A DNA stretch of 62,822 nt, the filler included, from Phoronis australis (taxonomy: Eukaryota; Animalia; Phoronida): the NCBI GenBank assembly GCA_002633005.1. It is 6 parts of 6 records of this genome, joined end to end, with 100 filler letters (N's around TTAATTAATTAA, not from the genome) between each part and the next. Parts side by side here need not be neighbours in the genome. Positions count along the whole stretch, not along the records: positions 23,925 to 44,780 come from NMRA01000871.1; 5 more parts are not named here. One strand, 5' to 3'. The first letter of the stretch is position 1. Each line of letters begins with the position of its first letter. The position numbers were made by a program, and so were the translations under genes. Shown piece by piece: positions 24,487 to 36,893 of the stretch. The notes below the pieces were generated by a model. It saw only the letters and a list, made by a program, of their open reading frames with translations, ran no database searches and was not told where the DNA came from.

Positions 24487-24732
24487 CCTCCAGCACGCTC
24501 ACTACAAGAGTAAGCGTGGGTGATAGGGTGACACTAACATTTGACGGTATAGAGTCATACGGTATCAAATGGCAGAAAGACAGCGCTGCTTTTTACAAAA
24601 GCGGCTACATAAACGGGTGGAATGACAAGCTGACTAACACAATTGACCCAGTAGAAGTGGGACATGGCGGAGTGTACACTATATACAGATCACATGGAAA
24701 TGTTCTTGGCATCACCCGCCTGGTCGTCAGAG
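24487..24732 (+). CDS. Tie/TEK-like receptor, Ig-like domain exon
   Basis: ttgtAG| ... |GTtagt, phase 1-1. Encodes SSTLTTRVSVGDRVTLTF...W.K...GGVYT...ITRLVVR, resembling the Tie Ig2 domain ending in RLIVR. Confidence 0.8.
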
Positions 24733-25239
24733 GTTAGTTAGAGATATTCTCGTCGTTAAGCCTGATTTGGTTAATTATTAAATATGTGCCTGGCCTACGC
24801 GATCACGATCTAACAACGTCTGCTTTGTTTTGTCGATGGAGATAGACTAGGTTGCAAGAACACCATCCATGATTTACCGAAATATGTAAACTGGAAGTTA
24901 TCCGTCAGTTCACGACGTAGCATCAGGTGGTCTGCCACCACTGTCGTTGTCTCAACTACATGCAATAACAAATTGTCAATTTATCCCAAAGCCTGTAATT
25001 TCTTCTCACCTCAATGGGTAACATATTAAGTTCGTCTGCTCTGTAGCACTAGGCTTCAGTTTAAAAACATATACAATCGTCGCACAAATAAAAAGGTTCA
25101 TGTTCATTTAACGTTTCGTCTATTCATAATGCATCATCAGGATAATTCTGTACAATAAGACAGAAATGTTGACATACCATTCAGGTCACATCCATATAGT
25201 GAAATGAGAGTAGTGAGAGATACAGGGAATAGCAAGTAC

Positions 25240-26520
25240 AAGTAGGTCATCCCCATAGCTGTAGGTCACTGAGGTCTAAATGCCATTCAAAGAATCAGTA
25301 ACATGCTGGTCCTGAATGGCCAATGACTCTTTAATGTACAGTAATTCCTTTATAGGTTATTTTTAAATAATACTAACTGAACTGCCTTGGTGGCTGTTTC
25401 TAACACAATGCCTATAGAAGTTACTGTTCCCTGTATCTCTTGCTCCTCTCGTAAAAGCACTAGAGCCTCGATATTTTTCTTGGTGAAGGAAGTTTTCAAT
25501 TCTGCCTGTCTCCTTTAAGAAAACGGACTGATGTTTCCATTTGTTGCCTTGCACTAAATGTTGTAGACCAGGTATCAGTGTCATCCAGTAGGTTATTCCT
25601 TAGCCAATAAAAAGCTGAGCAAGACTCTATTAAGTGTTTAGGGGTTTCAACGTCAGTACCGCATTTGGGGCACACTGGGCTCCCCATCTGCTCAGTAATG
25701 TGCCTGTGTCGGGCAAGGCTACAGCGGCCTCTCAAGATTTGAACGATGTGTCTCATCCCATTCTATCTAGACTCAAAAGGTTTTTTCGAACTTTTTGGTT
25801 TGATCACGCTGGGAAAATTCTCCTTTGTCTCTCTGCGGGAGTTACTTGATGCCAAGTGGACTGCTCAGTGGGAACATGTAAGTACCCACTGGGCTGCTAA
25901 GTAGGTTCATGTATGTACCCAGTGTACTCATCATGTGACATCAGCAGCATACCCATGCAGTAGGTTCAGGCACACAATGCAGAACGCTGGCTCCTAACTT
26001 TGCGAGTCTGTCTGCATTCTCACTGCCTTCAATTCCTACTTGGGCCCTGGCGCGGCGTATGTGGACGGTTCTTCCTATTGCAAGCTTGTTAAGCTTATTA
26101 ATACAATCATTGACACAATGGTAATTGACCGTTGGTTTTTAGGGCTTTTATAGCAGCCTGGCTACCTGGAATGATGGTGATTGTCCGATTGTCCAGCTCG
26201 GTGTTACACTGACGTGCAACTTTAGCAGCTCTGTTAACTGCAGTTATTTCGCCTTGGAACACTGCGATAAGATTGCCTAGCGATTCCCAACTTTCTGCTT
26301 CTGCAACAGGAACGCGTGGGCAATAGATGACAGCACTTGTCTTGCCAATTTCCAAGTTAGAGCCATCCTTACAACAGACCACTTTATTCTGTTTTCTGCG
26401 ACAGGCCATCAATCACCAATTTCCGTGAAGAAATTGTTTGTACGATTTAAAGCTGTCATTTGGATATTACTAGGCTTGTTCAATAGTTGCCCAGTTTTGG
26501 CTATTAGAACCAGTCAAGGC
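25240..26520 (-). mobile_element. RNase H-containing LINE 3' fragment (LOA/R1/I-group-like), intronic
   Basis: DGS, VFQGEITAV, SQAAIKAL, GIEGSENADRLAK (RNase H), then GRCSLARH...CPKCG..VETPKHLIESC. Confidence 0.8.
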
Positions 26521-27418
26521 TTAGGAGATATTTGCCCTGTCGTAAAATCTGGAAACATGCTTGATGGTTACAAAGTGTTTAACAGTAGATTTTAGTATGC
26601 ATGTATCATAACCATAAAGTATTTTCCCGTCACTGTAATCGCGCTACATTTATTCTCTGATTTTCAATTTTCAAGTAGTATGTCAACGTAAATCCCAGGC
26701 ATGAAAGCTTCTTCACATTCCGTATCGTTAATTTTACACCTATAGAAAATATCTTGGATTTTTCATCCAGCCCTCTAGTGCGACGCCTTTTTAAACAGCA
26801 TCAAAACTTTTCATTCCGTAAAAACTGTAGAAGTGTCACTGAATTCTGGAGCTAGCATAGTCTTCATTTCAAATTCATATGTTAAATAGATTATAAACCA
26901 CCTTGCAAAAACAATTGACTCGAACCACTACCTGCCTGAATTAGGTTTCAACGTCCAACGGAAAATAGTGTTAGGAATTCGAAAATAACGTTATTGTTTG
27001 AAAGCAGGCCTTACCAATTGGATTGTCAAGTCGTTTTATTTTATTAGCCTAAGGTGGTCTAGACTCAACTGAGTGTTAAAGAATTTGAAACCAGTGTTAG
27101 CGGTTCATTTCCTGGACGGAACTGGTGGTTTATTGCCGCATTAGAGAAACAGGAGTTTCAGTTCCCTATAGAGGTTTAAGGTTGTGGATATTATGACCAT
27201 CTTCCTTAAAACTTGTGTTTTGTGGAAAAAATATTATGAACACAGTTCTGTAATAGAAAACTAGCATTTAAAAAGTATTTCAATATAAGAAATCTCTCGG
27301 AAAATGAGATTAAGCAGTTATGATAAGTCAGTACAATAACTGAGCCATTTATATGAGACGGCATGTACAATGTATGTTCGGAGATTCTGATGGTAGCGAT
27401 CGATTTGTGTTGTTGCAG

Positions 27419-27550
27419 TGTGCCCAAGTGGTAAATACGGCATTGATTGTACTGATGACTGTCCACACTGTGAGAATGGAGGCATTTGTCATGACATCAC
27501 TGGAGAGTGCATCTGCCCACCTGGGTTTACGGGGCGCAGTTGTTCTACAG
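27419..27550 (+). CDS. Tie/TEK-like receptor, EGF repeat 1 exon
   Basis: ttgcAG| ... |GTgaga; CPSGKYGIDCTDDCPHCENGGICHDITGECICPPGFTGRSCST closely resembles Tie2 EGF1 (...CHEDTGECICPPGF.G.TC). Confidence 0.9.
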
Positions 27551-28087
27551 GTGAGAACTTTAAATGGCAGGTTTATCCTACAAACACATCGGTCGAACCA
27601 TTCAAACAGCTTGATGAAGAACGACCCATTCCCAATGACGTCGTATGGAAGTTGCAAGGTAATGTTTAACTTGTGAGATCCATGCGGGGGGTAGGGGATA
27701 TTACCATTGTTGTCCTCTGTTGATTCTTTGTCGGATATAACAATACAGGTCACATGGTTATTGTATCTTGGGCGCACATCGGCCGGCTACCGATAAAAAC
27801 TTGTCATTATCTTTATAAAAAACAAAATGAACAATGGATGCGCCTATGTACCCATCGCTGTGCGACGAACTTCCGACCTAATTTTTATTAGGGAAGCATG
27901 TTTTTCCTGATATTTTTCTCGTAAAATAAAGTTTTTTGCCACTATAGCGAGTAATTTCAAACGACTTTGCTTGTGTGCCAAATTAAACACTTTAACACGG
28001 AGCCATTTATTTATCTCCACAGGTTTTTGCACGGTTGTCGATCTTGCTATTTCCATAGTTACTACAATGAAAGTCCTACGCATAGTA

Positions 28088-28440
28088 CTGCCAAAAAGCG
28101 GCAAGGTGGGGGGTCAACCATTCAGAACCATATTGGTACGATAAATGTCATTAGGGATGAGGGAAATTGGGTGAAGTGTGACACCACAGAGTTTGGTGGT
28201 TTTGGAGATACCAGGGTAGGCTTCTGGGGAGCGAAATGAGGAAATTTCTTGATGAGAAATGAGTCGTGTTTGACTACATTTTCTGCTGCAGTCTCTGCTT
28301 CAAACCGAATCTTTTCTTATCAATTTCGTTAGCACGTTCTAGGTTCGTGTTCTATGTACCTGTAAGCAAAAACGGCATCGACACTAAATTATCGGTTACC
28401 ATGGTAACACTGGAATTGTTTCAGTGGAGGTGCAATTTAT
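28088..28440 (+). mobile_element. Second copy of the repeat end seen at 1-369
   Basis: Collinear similarity to the reverse complement of 1-369; the element may extend further downstream, other end not found. Confidence 0.55.
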
Positions 28441-29419
28441 GCTTGTGAACAACTAACAGTAACTTATACACTTATATCTAAGTTGCCTGCACGGGAAATC
28501 TGAAAATGATAACAAGGGCATGAAGAAGATTCCATGCCGTTGAAAATGATACGGAAAACTTTGACAGCCATTCATGTACGCTTTAGAAAAGGTTCTGAAT
28601 TTCACATTTTCAGACTGCACGTTTGTGTATTTGTCGTGTCAAACCAGTCACTATTTGTGTACTTTTGGTGCTCATTAAAATACCGTATATAATGCAGCAA
28701 TTAACAGAATTTGTTTGCTTTATTGTTGTTAATTGATCTTACGGACACAAAAAGTTCACAAAATATGAAATTACACTTGATTTGTTCGTGCAACTCATGG
28801 AATACCACACTAAAGCAACAATGCGTTATTTGAATGGTGGTTGATTTAAAGTGCAGGTTTACGACTGTATATGGCACTGCCAGGTCATTCCTACGAGTTG
28901 CATCAAATGTGGTATTTTTACAAATTTCCCTGTGAAAAAACTCTGGAAACTCTTGGAAAATGCAAAGGAAATATATCGAGACTTTTGAAAAAGTTTACAG
29001 TGAGGTGAGGTGAGGTGATGTGAAAGAGGTGAAACTTGTCATCTCGAGAAGTAGTCTGTTTGCCTCTGAAGCAGGCGTGAAGCAGGCGTGAAGCAGGAGC
29101 TAGATAATCTAATAGATTCACTTGCCTGAATCATCGATACAACATTCGGCATATATTGGCGTCGCCAAGGACACCGAGTACATCCACTGCACACAGGAAA
29201 GCAAATCCGAAATGTAGTGTGCCATACTTCTGTAGTAGACATTTGTGTTACTTTCAGGTACTTAGAAGTTCATTTTTTAAGTATTTAGATAGTCAAATCT
29301 GGATGACTTCTTTGCGATGCTTTTACTTTAGCTTGGTATTTATATTTTCTGAGCCAAAATGGCCACATTTGATTCATTACTACAATTTTAGGAATCAAGA
29401 AAGCTTACATGTATAAAAA

Positions 29420-30370
29420 GGTGCAGGTGGCCTGATGCCTTTTGCGGTACATCATGTTTGTTTAGGCCACAAGGGCGGGCTCATTACACTAATCACCTGA
29501 TTATGACTCATGGGGACACGACATTACCGAATTCCTCATGGGTAAAAACTTCCAATCCTCCTGTTTGTTTCAGGAAGACAGAAAGACTATCAAACCTGTC
29601 TGAACTAACAATGTTAACGAGGCAGGTTACGTGTCCATCAAATAGTAGAATACGGTGTCTATTACAGGCAGGGCAAATCTCCACTAGATAATGAGGTGTC
29701 TCGGCCTCCAAGCCACAGTTGGGACACAATGAACATGCCTTGTGGCCTGTAATGTAACGGTGCCGAGCTAGGTTGCAGTGTCCAGTTATAAGCTGGATCA
29801 GCTGCCTTATAGCAAGTCTATCTAAACATAACAGTTTCTTTGAACCTTTTGGTTCAATAGGACTTCGAAAAGTTGTCTGGTTGGTCTGCAGGACGAGAGC
29901 TTTATCCATGCATCCACGGACAGTGTGCATACCTAGTGTCTTACGTTTGCTCTGCAGCACCTGGTATGCAAGGCTCTGGTACAAAACAAGGTGCACTTGC
30001 TCCTTCTTGTGCAAGTTTGTCAGCAGCTTCGTTACCGTCAATGCCAACATGGGCTTTATGCCTGTTCACATGAACAGTTGTACTAGCTTATAGGTGATTA
30101 AGCTCGTTTACACAGGCCATGACACAATTGGAGTTGATCCTGGGTTTTGTTAAAGCTTTTTAATAGCTGCTTAGCTGTTTAACTGTATCAAGAGTTCCTT
30201 GTTTCCAACGACTGCTTCCGTCTGTCCGTTGTAAAGTTTAGAGCCACCAGTGTAACAAACGGACTGTTGGTCATTGTAATCAATGATTTCGTGAACATCT
30301 CCAATTTCTGTATAGAAATTGTGTCTATGATTTATGGTAGTCACTTGGCATTGCCAAACGTGTTTCAGTT
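29420..30370 (-). mobile_element. Second LOA/R1-like LINE 3' fragment
   Basis: LIQLITGHCNLARHRYITG....LCPNCGLEAETPHYLVEICPA; degenerate RNase H remnants upstream. Confidence 0.8.
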
Positions 30371-33300
30371 ACTGACATTGCATACAAATATATGGCTCTT
30401 ATAAGCAACAGTATCAGTACATGTATGCTGAAGAAGTGATTTCTGCTGAAGATGAAGACCTGCAGATTATTAGTAAGTGCCGGGTATGGAAAAGTTCAAA
30501 ACCAACGTGAAGGTGCCCGGAACCGTTGAAAACTTTCCTTCTGAACGAGTTTGTGAGAGGGATAGAGAGAAGCTGCAAAATCTACACACAGAACATGTGC
30601 CAATGATAAGTTTTAATTTCAGGAACGAGTACGGATAAAATTAGTTGCAAAATTTTATTGGTTTCTACCACATATATGTAGGTCCAAAGTTACTATTTGT
30701 GCCACTCTCACCGAATGTGGAAAACTGGGGACAGTTGGATGCACAGTAGGAGCTATTATGGAGGAAGTGGAGTGTGCATTTCAAGGAGGCAGTCCACGCT
30801 TTAAGATACTTAAGGATGTAGCATTGTAAAAATTCGAAGGAAGGAAACAATACAATGGCTGGACCTTTGAATACTGTGGCAGATATGCTAACTCCAGTGG
30901 TGGCATTATGTCCAAACAGCTGTGTAGGGAAGTAGACATTTGTGCTGTTGCAAGCACTGTATTGTTTGCACCAGAATTGCTGTGCGAACAGCACAAGTCT
31001 AAATTTACCTGGAGTGAATATTTGTCCACTCACTGATCATGATCATGGGCCAGTTGATTGAGTTAGATGTACATCCACATGGTATTGGTGCATGGCTCTT
31101 TTTGTTTAGCACCTGGATTTTTTGGTGGGGCAGGATTTCTCTATGTGGCCATTACATGTAAAAGTTTGTTTCGTAATTTCCTGCCACTGTACTGTTGCTT
31201 TTGTAATTAATCTGGATTTATGTTTCCGCATTTGATATGCCATAATGATTATGAATTCTTGTTTGTAAATGAGTATTTATTCCTGTCATTTAACTCCATG
31301 TTGCAGTTTGGCTGGTTCTGTTCGCATGTCTTTCTGTCTGGGTTGTAAGCTCATATTCCGGCCAGGAAGTTAAGTTTTGATTTAGACCACTTACCTCTAT
31401 TAGCTTTTCTCAATTTGTTCCTTATCCAGATGGGAAGTGATTTATGGAATTGTAACGAATTGACAGTTTGCTGTTCCTCGAGACCATGCTGTGTGCATAA
31501 AATCACACACTGTTAGACAAGCCATCTTATAGAGCCTGGTCTCCAGCAAATACATATTGCCAGTTCTTTCGAAATTCTGAAATCTCTCGAAAGTAAACCA
31601 GGAAATAATACGCGACCTATTTCATGACGGTAAGTTGTCTAAATCAAAAGTTGGTGTATATGATAGGTGGCAGGTTGATGTCCACTTTAAATGATTTTTC
31701 GTTGCAACTCTGAAAAAATGTTGGTACATTAGCTCTGGTGACTCCATGGTTTTTGGTGAATTGACCAGTTTATGCTTGCCATGAGTAATTTCATCACTGG
31801 TCTAGTATGTATGTACAACTGTAACCGAAAGCAATCATATTGTAAACCATGTTACAAAATTATTTTCTCATGACCATTTCACTGCAAAAATGCTGTTTAA
31901 TTGTAACCGATGATCCAATTGTTCACTTTGTAGTGATTATTTGTTGATATGGACATTGATGTAGTACATACATGTACATCTAATTCTCCGTGCAAACAGC
32001 CACCTCAAGTTTTTGAAGTTGAAGAACTTTACAGAATTACCAGTGACATTGCAAAATACTTCTTTTGCAGTGAGACCACATTACTTTAATTGTAATCTTA
32101 TGGTATTTGGTTTCTGTGGTTGACTTTGTAGCAATTGGAGGTCTAGAAGGCATTTGTTTATTTGAGTCATAACATTTGCACTTTTGACTGTACAGTTATC
32201 TTTGTATTGCATTGCGAAAACATGTTACTTTGTAGTTTACAAGTCCCTGGGCGGCGTTATATATTTTTCTCATCGAATGGTTTCAACTTAGATGACTTGT
32301 ATGTGAGGTAGACAACTTTCAAATGAGATAAGGAATAACATGCTCAAACATACTTTTATTTCTAGGTTATGGTCTTCCAGTCAGTGATTACTTTTGAAAA
32401 ACCAGTGCAGAATTTGATATTAGCTCTTCATTTAAAGGTGAATTAATCCATAAATCTGCGTTGTCGATAACTTTTACTCAATCTATATAATACAAGGTTT
32501 GGGATTGGAATTTTAATACAACGAAATGTGAACACGTATCATGAGCAATACAACACAATAAGTGGAAATAAAAAGATGGTGTTTAGGTTCCACGGAGAGG
32601 ATACGTGTGCGTTGTAAAAGTTTTTGCAGTGCGTGAACAGTGTTTGTGGATACTTAAAGATTCCTCGCCTGTCTTTCCTTTGTTATAATAAAGATAATGA
32701 CGAGCATTTATCAGTAACGGTCTGATGTACACCCAAGGTACTAAACCCATGAAACCTTTGTTGTTATATTCCACAATGGCGCGACAAATGAGAACCATGG
32801 TACGACTGATGGGCGATAACCATGCGATGAGTTACCATTGTCAATGGTGGAGTTTGTCTCTGTACATGTATATCTTGCCGTTCGAATGCATTTAGAGAGC
32901 TGCAAATCCAGTTTTTCGTCATGCCAAGTCCATTGAACGACACTATTTCCTGAAACTTGTTTGGTTTGTTTGCAGAATTGGTTGTTTCGAAGGTAAACTC
33001 TGAAGCCAGCACGTTGAATGTTGAACAGTACATAGATTGAGAAAAGCAACGCTCAATCCACAATTGTCTTTGCAATATTCAGCTGCAGATGTCTCTGCAT
33101 GCTTAAACTGTAGTTATTGAGGGTCAACTGAATATCAAAGTAACTAAAATATTTACAAATTGATAGGTACACAACAGGCGTGCCACTTGTCCTGAAACAC
33201 GTGGTCCATATTGTTCCCCATACGTTTAGATGGCGATTTTTCGCCGAGTACTTCATTAGGCTCCAATTAGTGTTATTATAAAAAATGCAAGCAGAAAATG

Positions 33301-33425
33301 TTCTCAACAACATTCTTAGAAATGTCTAAACTGGTTCGTTTAGATAGCACGTGCTTGCATAAGTCCCAATATATCCAAGTCTTCGTCTGTTGTTGGCTTA
33401 CCATTTAAAAATTGTCTGCCCAAAG

Positions 33426-33575
33426 GTTGCGGCGGTAATTGGTTTGGGAGTGACTGCCTATCCAAGTGCTCCGAAGTGTACCGCGAGGATGGATGTCAGG
33501 GGAAATACGTGTGCACGATAGATCCATACGGATGTTCATGTGTTACTGGTTTTAAAGGAATGACCTGCAGTGAAG
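33426..33575 (+). CDS. Tie/TEK-like receptor, EGF repeat 2 exon (absent from ORF track)
   Basis: caaAG| ... |GTattc; GCGGNWFGSDCLSKCSEVYREDGCQGKYVCTIDPYGCSCVTGFKGMTCSE contains the Tie-diagnostic DPYGCSC motif. Confidence 0.9.
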
Positions 33576-34222
33576 GTATTCGTTTTTAAATACCAGTATG
33601 ATATGCTTCGTTGCAAGCCAAAACACGTGTACAAAATTAGATAGTCACGGAATGACTGGGGTATATTACATATTTCTATAGTCACAGTAATTACAGATTT
33701 CTTTATTTACTACTTGTTTCCATAGGCGAATTTAGGGAGGGAATCCAATTCCCCGAGGAAAAACATGTTTGGACCCCCCTCTTATGGTATCCTAAATCCT
33801 TAATGCATGTTCCAGCTCCGTTACATGCCAACACTTGAATCTCGCGGTATTTAGCACAATGCTCGACCATCTTTAAAGCGATTCACTGGCCTCGTTTTCG
33901 TGGAGTTGAAGTTTCTCGTGTTGTGTTTGGTATTGATAGCATTAACTGTAGTCCACCTTCCAAAGCTGTGCTGTCTTCTGAAACTTCGAAAAAAGTTGCA
34001 CGGATAAACCTCAGAAATGTCCGTGAATTCGTTCATAAAACATGTCGAGAGTGGAGTGCAGGCGAAGCTAGTGCATCACAATGTGTAGAGCCTTAATGAT
34101 TGTTAGACATCATGGACTACATAGATTTTATTGCTTTTGTTGAAGAGGTTATTGAGTTTTAAAGTACATGTACTGTATTCACCATAGTTTGTTATTGTCA
34201 ATCTCGGTGGTCAACATTTCAG

Positions 34223-34363
34223 AATGTCAAGATGGGTATTACGGTGCAGATTGTCAGCAATCCTGCGGCCATTGCATAAACAACGCTTTCTGTAATCCGT
34301 ATACTGGTTACTGTCGGGATTCGTGTGCTCCCGGGTATATGACTTTCCCGTACTGTCAGACAG
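34223..34363 (+). CDS. Tie-like receptor, EGF repeat 3a exon
   Basis: tttcAG| ... |GTttgt; ECQDGYYGADCQQSCGHCINNAFCNPYTGYCRDSCAPGYMTFPYCQT; 141 nt, phase 1-1. Confidence 0.85.
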
Positions 34364-35359
34364 GTTTGTAAACAGTAACTGCCGGCTTCAAAATTAATCG
34401 TTTATCATCGTGTAGGGCACAAGAAAAATGCCCAAATATGGCTAACTTTGGAATGTAATTTCTATAAAATGGATTCATTTATTGTGTTTTTGCAATAGTT
34501 TCAGAAATGTGAGGAATTAGTTTTACAATATTTCAATGTTTCAACGTTTCGTTGTTGCATGAAGGACTATAAGAACAGAGAATACTTTAACAGTGCTTTT
34601 GCTGTTTCAGCTTGGAAAAGTATGTCACACAAAATTCTACTGGCTGTTACTTTCAGAAAAAATGTACTTTAATTCAATTAAAATATATAGTGTTGTACGA
34701 CCATGCAATTATTAAAGCTAAATATACTGACTTTTCCATTAAGTCACAAATAGCCTAAAATTACAAGCTTGTGGTTGTACTGTGAACTAACCACCAAATA
34801 ATGAATATTATAAGTTTTCTCTATAGCAGGAAAGCTCAAAAATTGAGTTCAAGGAAATACACATCCACCAAATACGTCTTAAAACTTACATCACCTTGTA
34901 GAGCAAACGACTGTAGAATCTGTGAGTCAACCGACACTCACTTTATTTGTTACAGCCCTTAACCGACAAACAATCTAATAAATTTCATTTTCGTGATATC
35001 GACTTGAAAACAGCTGCTTTTGACATTTTTATTTACAGCATATTTTGGATATCAAACTATCATTACCACTGAATTAACAGTTGTTTTCACAAACCCACTT
35101 ATGCACCCAATCACTCAGTGAAAAATCCATGCACTTTGTTCACAAAAATACTTAAGAAAAATAGCAGCCCATCTGTCATTGAATTTAAAGTTTCAGAGTT
35201 TCGGCATAATATTAACGACTTCTGTTTCCAGAAGTTCAATAAGCATAATATGTTTCTTAATTATCCAACAATAGATGTGATGTTTGCCGAGATTTAGTTT
35301 TTAAGATTTGAGACATTGGTGCAAATTATTAGAACACCCCCAACGATTGCTTTCGCATA

Positions 35360-35539
35360 ATACCCAGGTTCTTATTCACCTAGACCCTTGCATGCATGTA
35401 CCTCCACCGGTAAGACCGGAGGAGAAGAAGACACCTTTATGAAATCCTCGATTGTCTGCTATGCCTCTTAAGCCAGTATTTGAAAAACCCACGTCTCCTG
35501 GACAAGAGTCCGGAGTTTAAACCACTCTGTTACACTGTC
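35360..35539 (-). repeat. Degenerate tRNA-derived SINE
   Basis: Reverse complement begins GACAGTGTAACAGAGTGGTTTAAACTCCGGACTC...GACGTGGGTTTTTCAAATAC (A- and B-box-like). Confidence 0.4.
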
Positions 35540-36260
35540 TCTTCTGTTATATTGTCATCAGTGTCTACAAAAAACGTGTGTGTGTGTTTGTAGTTTTGCT
35601 AATCATTTCACAAATTAAGTCAATTTTACGTATTGCAATATGCGGGTACCTTCGACAAATCATAAATAATAGGAACAGCTAAAACTTAAAATAAAACAAA
35701 ATAACTAATGTTACATAAACAAGTTCAAAGTCGTCTGCACACTAACGGTTCATTTAAACCATGTAGCCATTACAATATTTTTCGCTTGCAACTCCTGTTA
35801 AACAAAAAAGTGCAAAATTGCATCATTCAAGGACTTCATCTGACACAGGATTTCTTCGCTAAACATTTTCTCGAAGCAGAGAAAGTGAGTGACGTTCGCA
35901 CTAGTGCTGTCAGGGTAATCAGCGCACTCCGACGTAAACGACCAGGAAAAATTCAATTACTTTTCTCTAAAGACAGGCGACTAGTGGCCAACATACCGTT
36001 AAATTGATAAACCGGACTAGCGCCGACACTTCTCTGACCACCGGAAGTTTGCAAAATTGATGTCAAGAAGTGCATGACTGGTTGAAACGGGAGAGTGGGC
36101 TCACATTTAATTTTCTTACCCGCAATGATCTATTTGGCCTTCACTCTAGAAAACCTGTTCAGTTTATTTTGTGACAGAGTCTGCCCCTCTCCCTGCCATA
36201 GTTACATGTACGCCACTGATGTCAATCTTATCAAACTACTTTTATTTCATCTCATTTTAG

Positions 36261-36401
36261 AATGCCTCGCTGGATGGTATGGGTCGAACTGCCAACAGAG
36301 ATGTGGACATTGCGCTAACGGTGCCGTCTGCAATCGGTATACTGGTGAGTGCTCCGACGCTTGTGAGCCCGGATACATGACATTCCCATTGTGTAAAAAT
36401 G
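36261..36401 (+). CDS. Tie-like receptor, EGF repeat 3b exon (paralogue of 3a)
   Basis: ttttAG| ... |GTgagt; ECLAGWYGSNCQQRCGHCANGAVCNRYTGECSDACEPGYMTFPLCKN; 141 nt. Confidence 0.85.
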
Positions 36402-36893
36402 GTGAGTGGACAGTTGGTTTTATTTTTACCTTTCATTTGTTGCAAAGTAAAAAGAACATTCGCAACGTGTAAACACAACTCAAAGTAAATTCGGTGCAGG
36501 TTACCAGGCCAACGCCAAAACTTTGTTTTATACAAAGGATACAAGAAATGATTTAGCAGCATATAGTATTATATAGAATATGATGAGAGAGTAAACTAGG
36601 TGAGACAATTACTGTGTAGATATGTCTGACTTATCATCGCTCTAAAAAGCATTGATACGTGTTTCTGTGATGTTTATCATCTTGCCTGATTTAAAACAGT
36701 GTGTACCCTAAGTTGTAAAAAACATCACTATTTCGGTAGGACATTGGTAACATACATGTACATGCAGCAATTGCGCTGATCGAGCTCCTGTAATCTTCTA
36801 CTAACATGTTTTAAGACGGCTATAAACAAGCCTTCCGCCGCATAACCAAGTTTGATTTAGGTCGCTCGCACGACATTGGTCTGCAATTGTTCC

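Noticed and set aside
30380-32450. Possible coding remnants of a transposon-borne gene
   Set aside because: All frames examined have stops and no recognisable motif; cannot be supported without a search.
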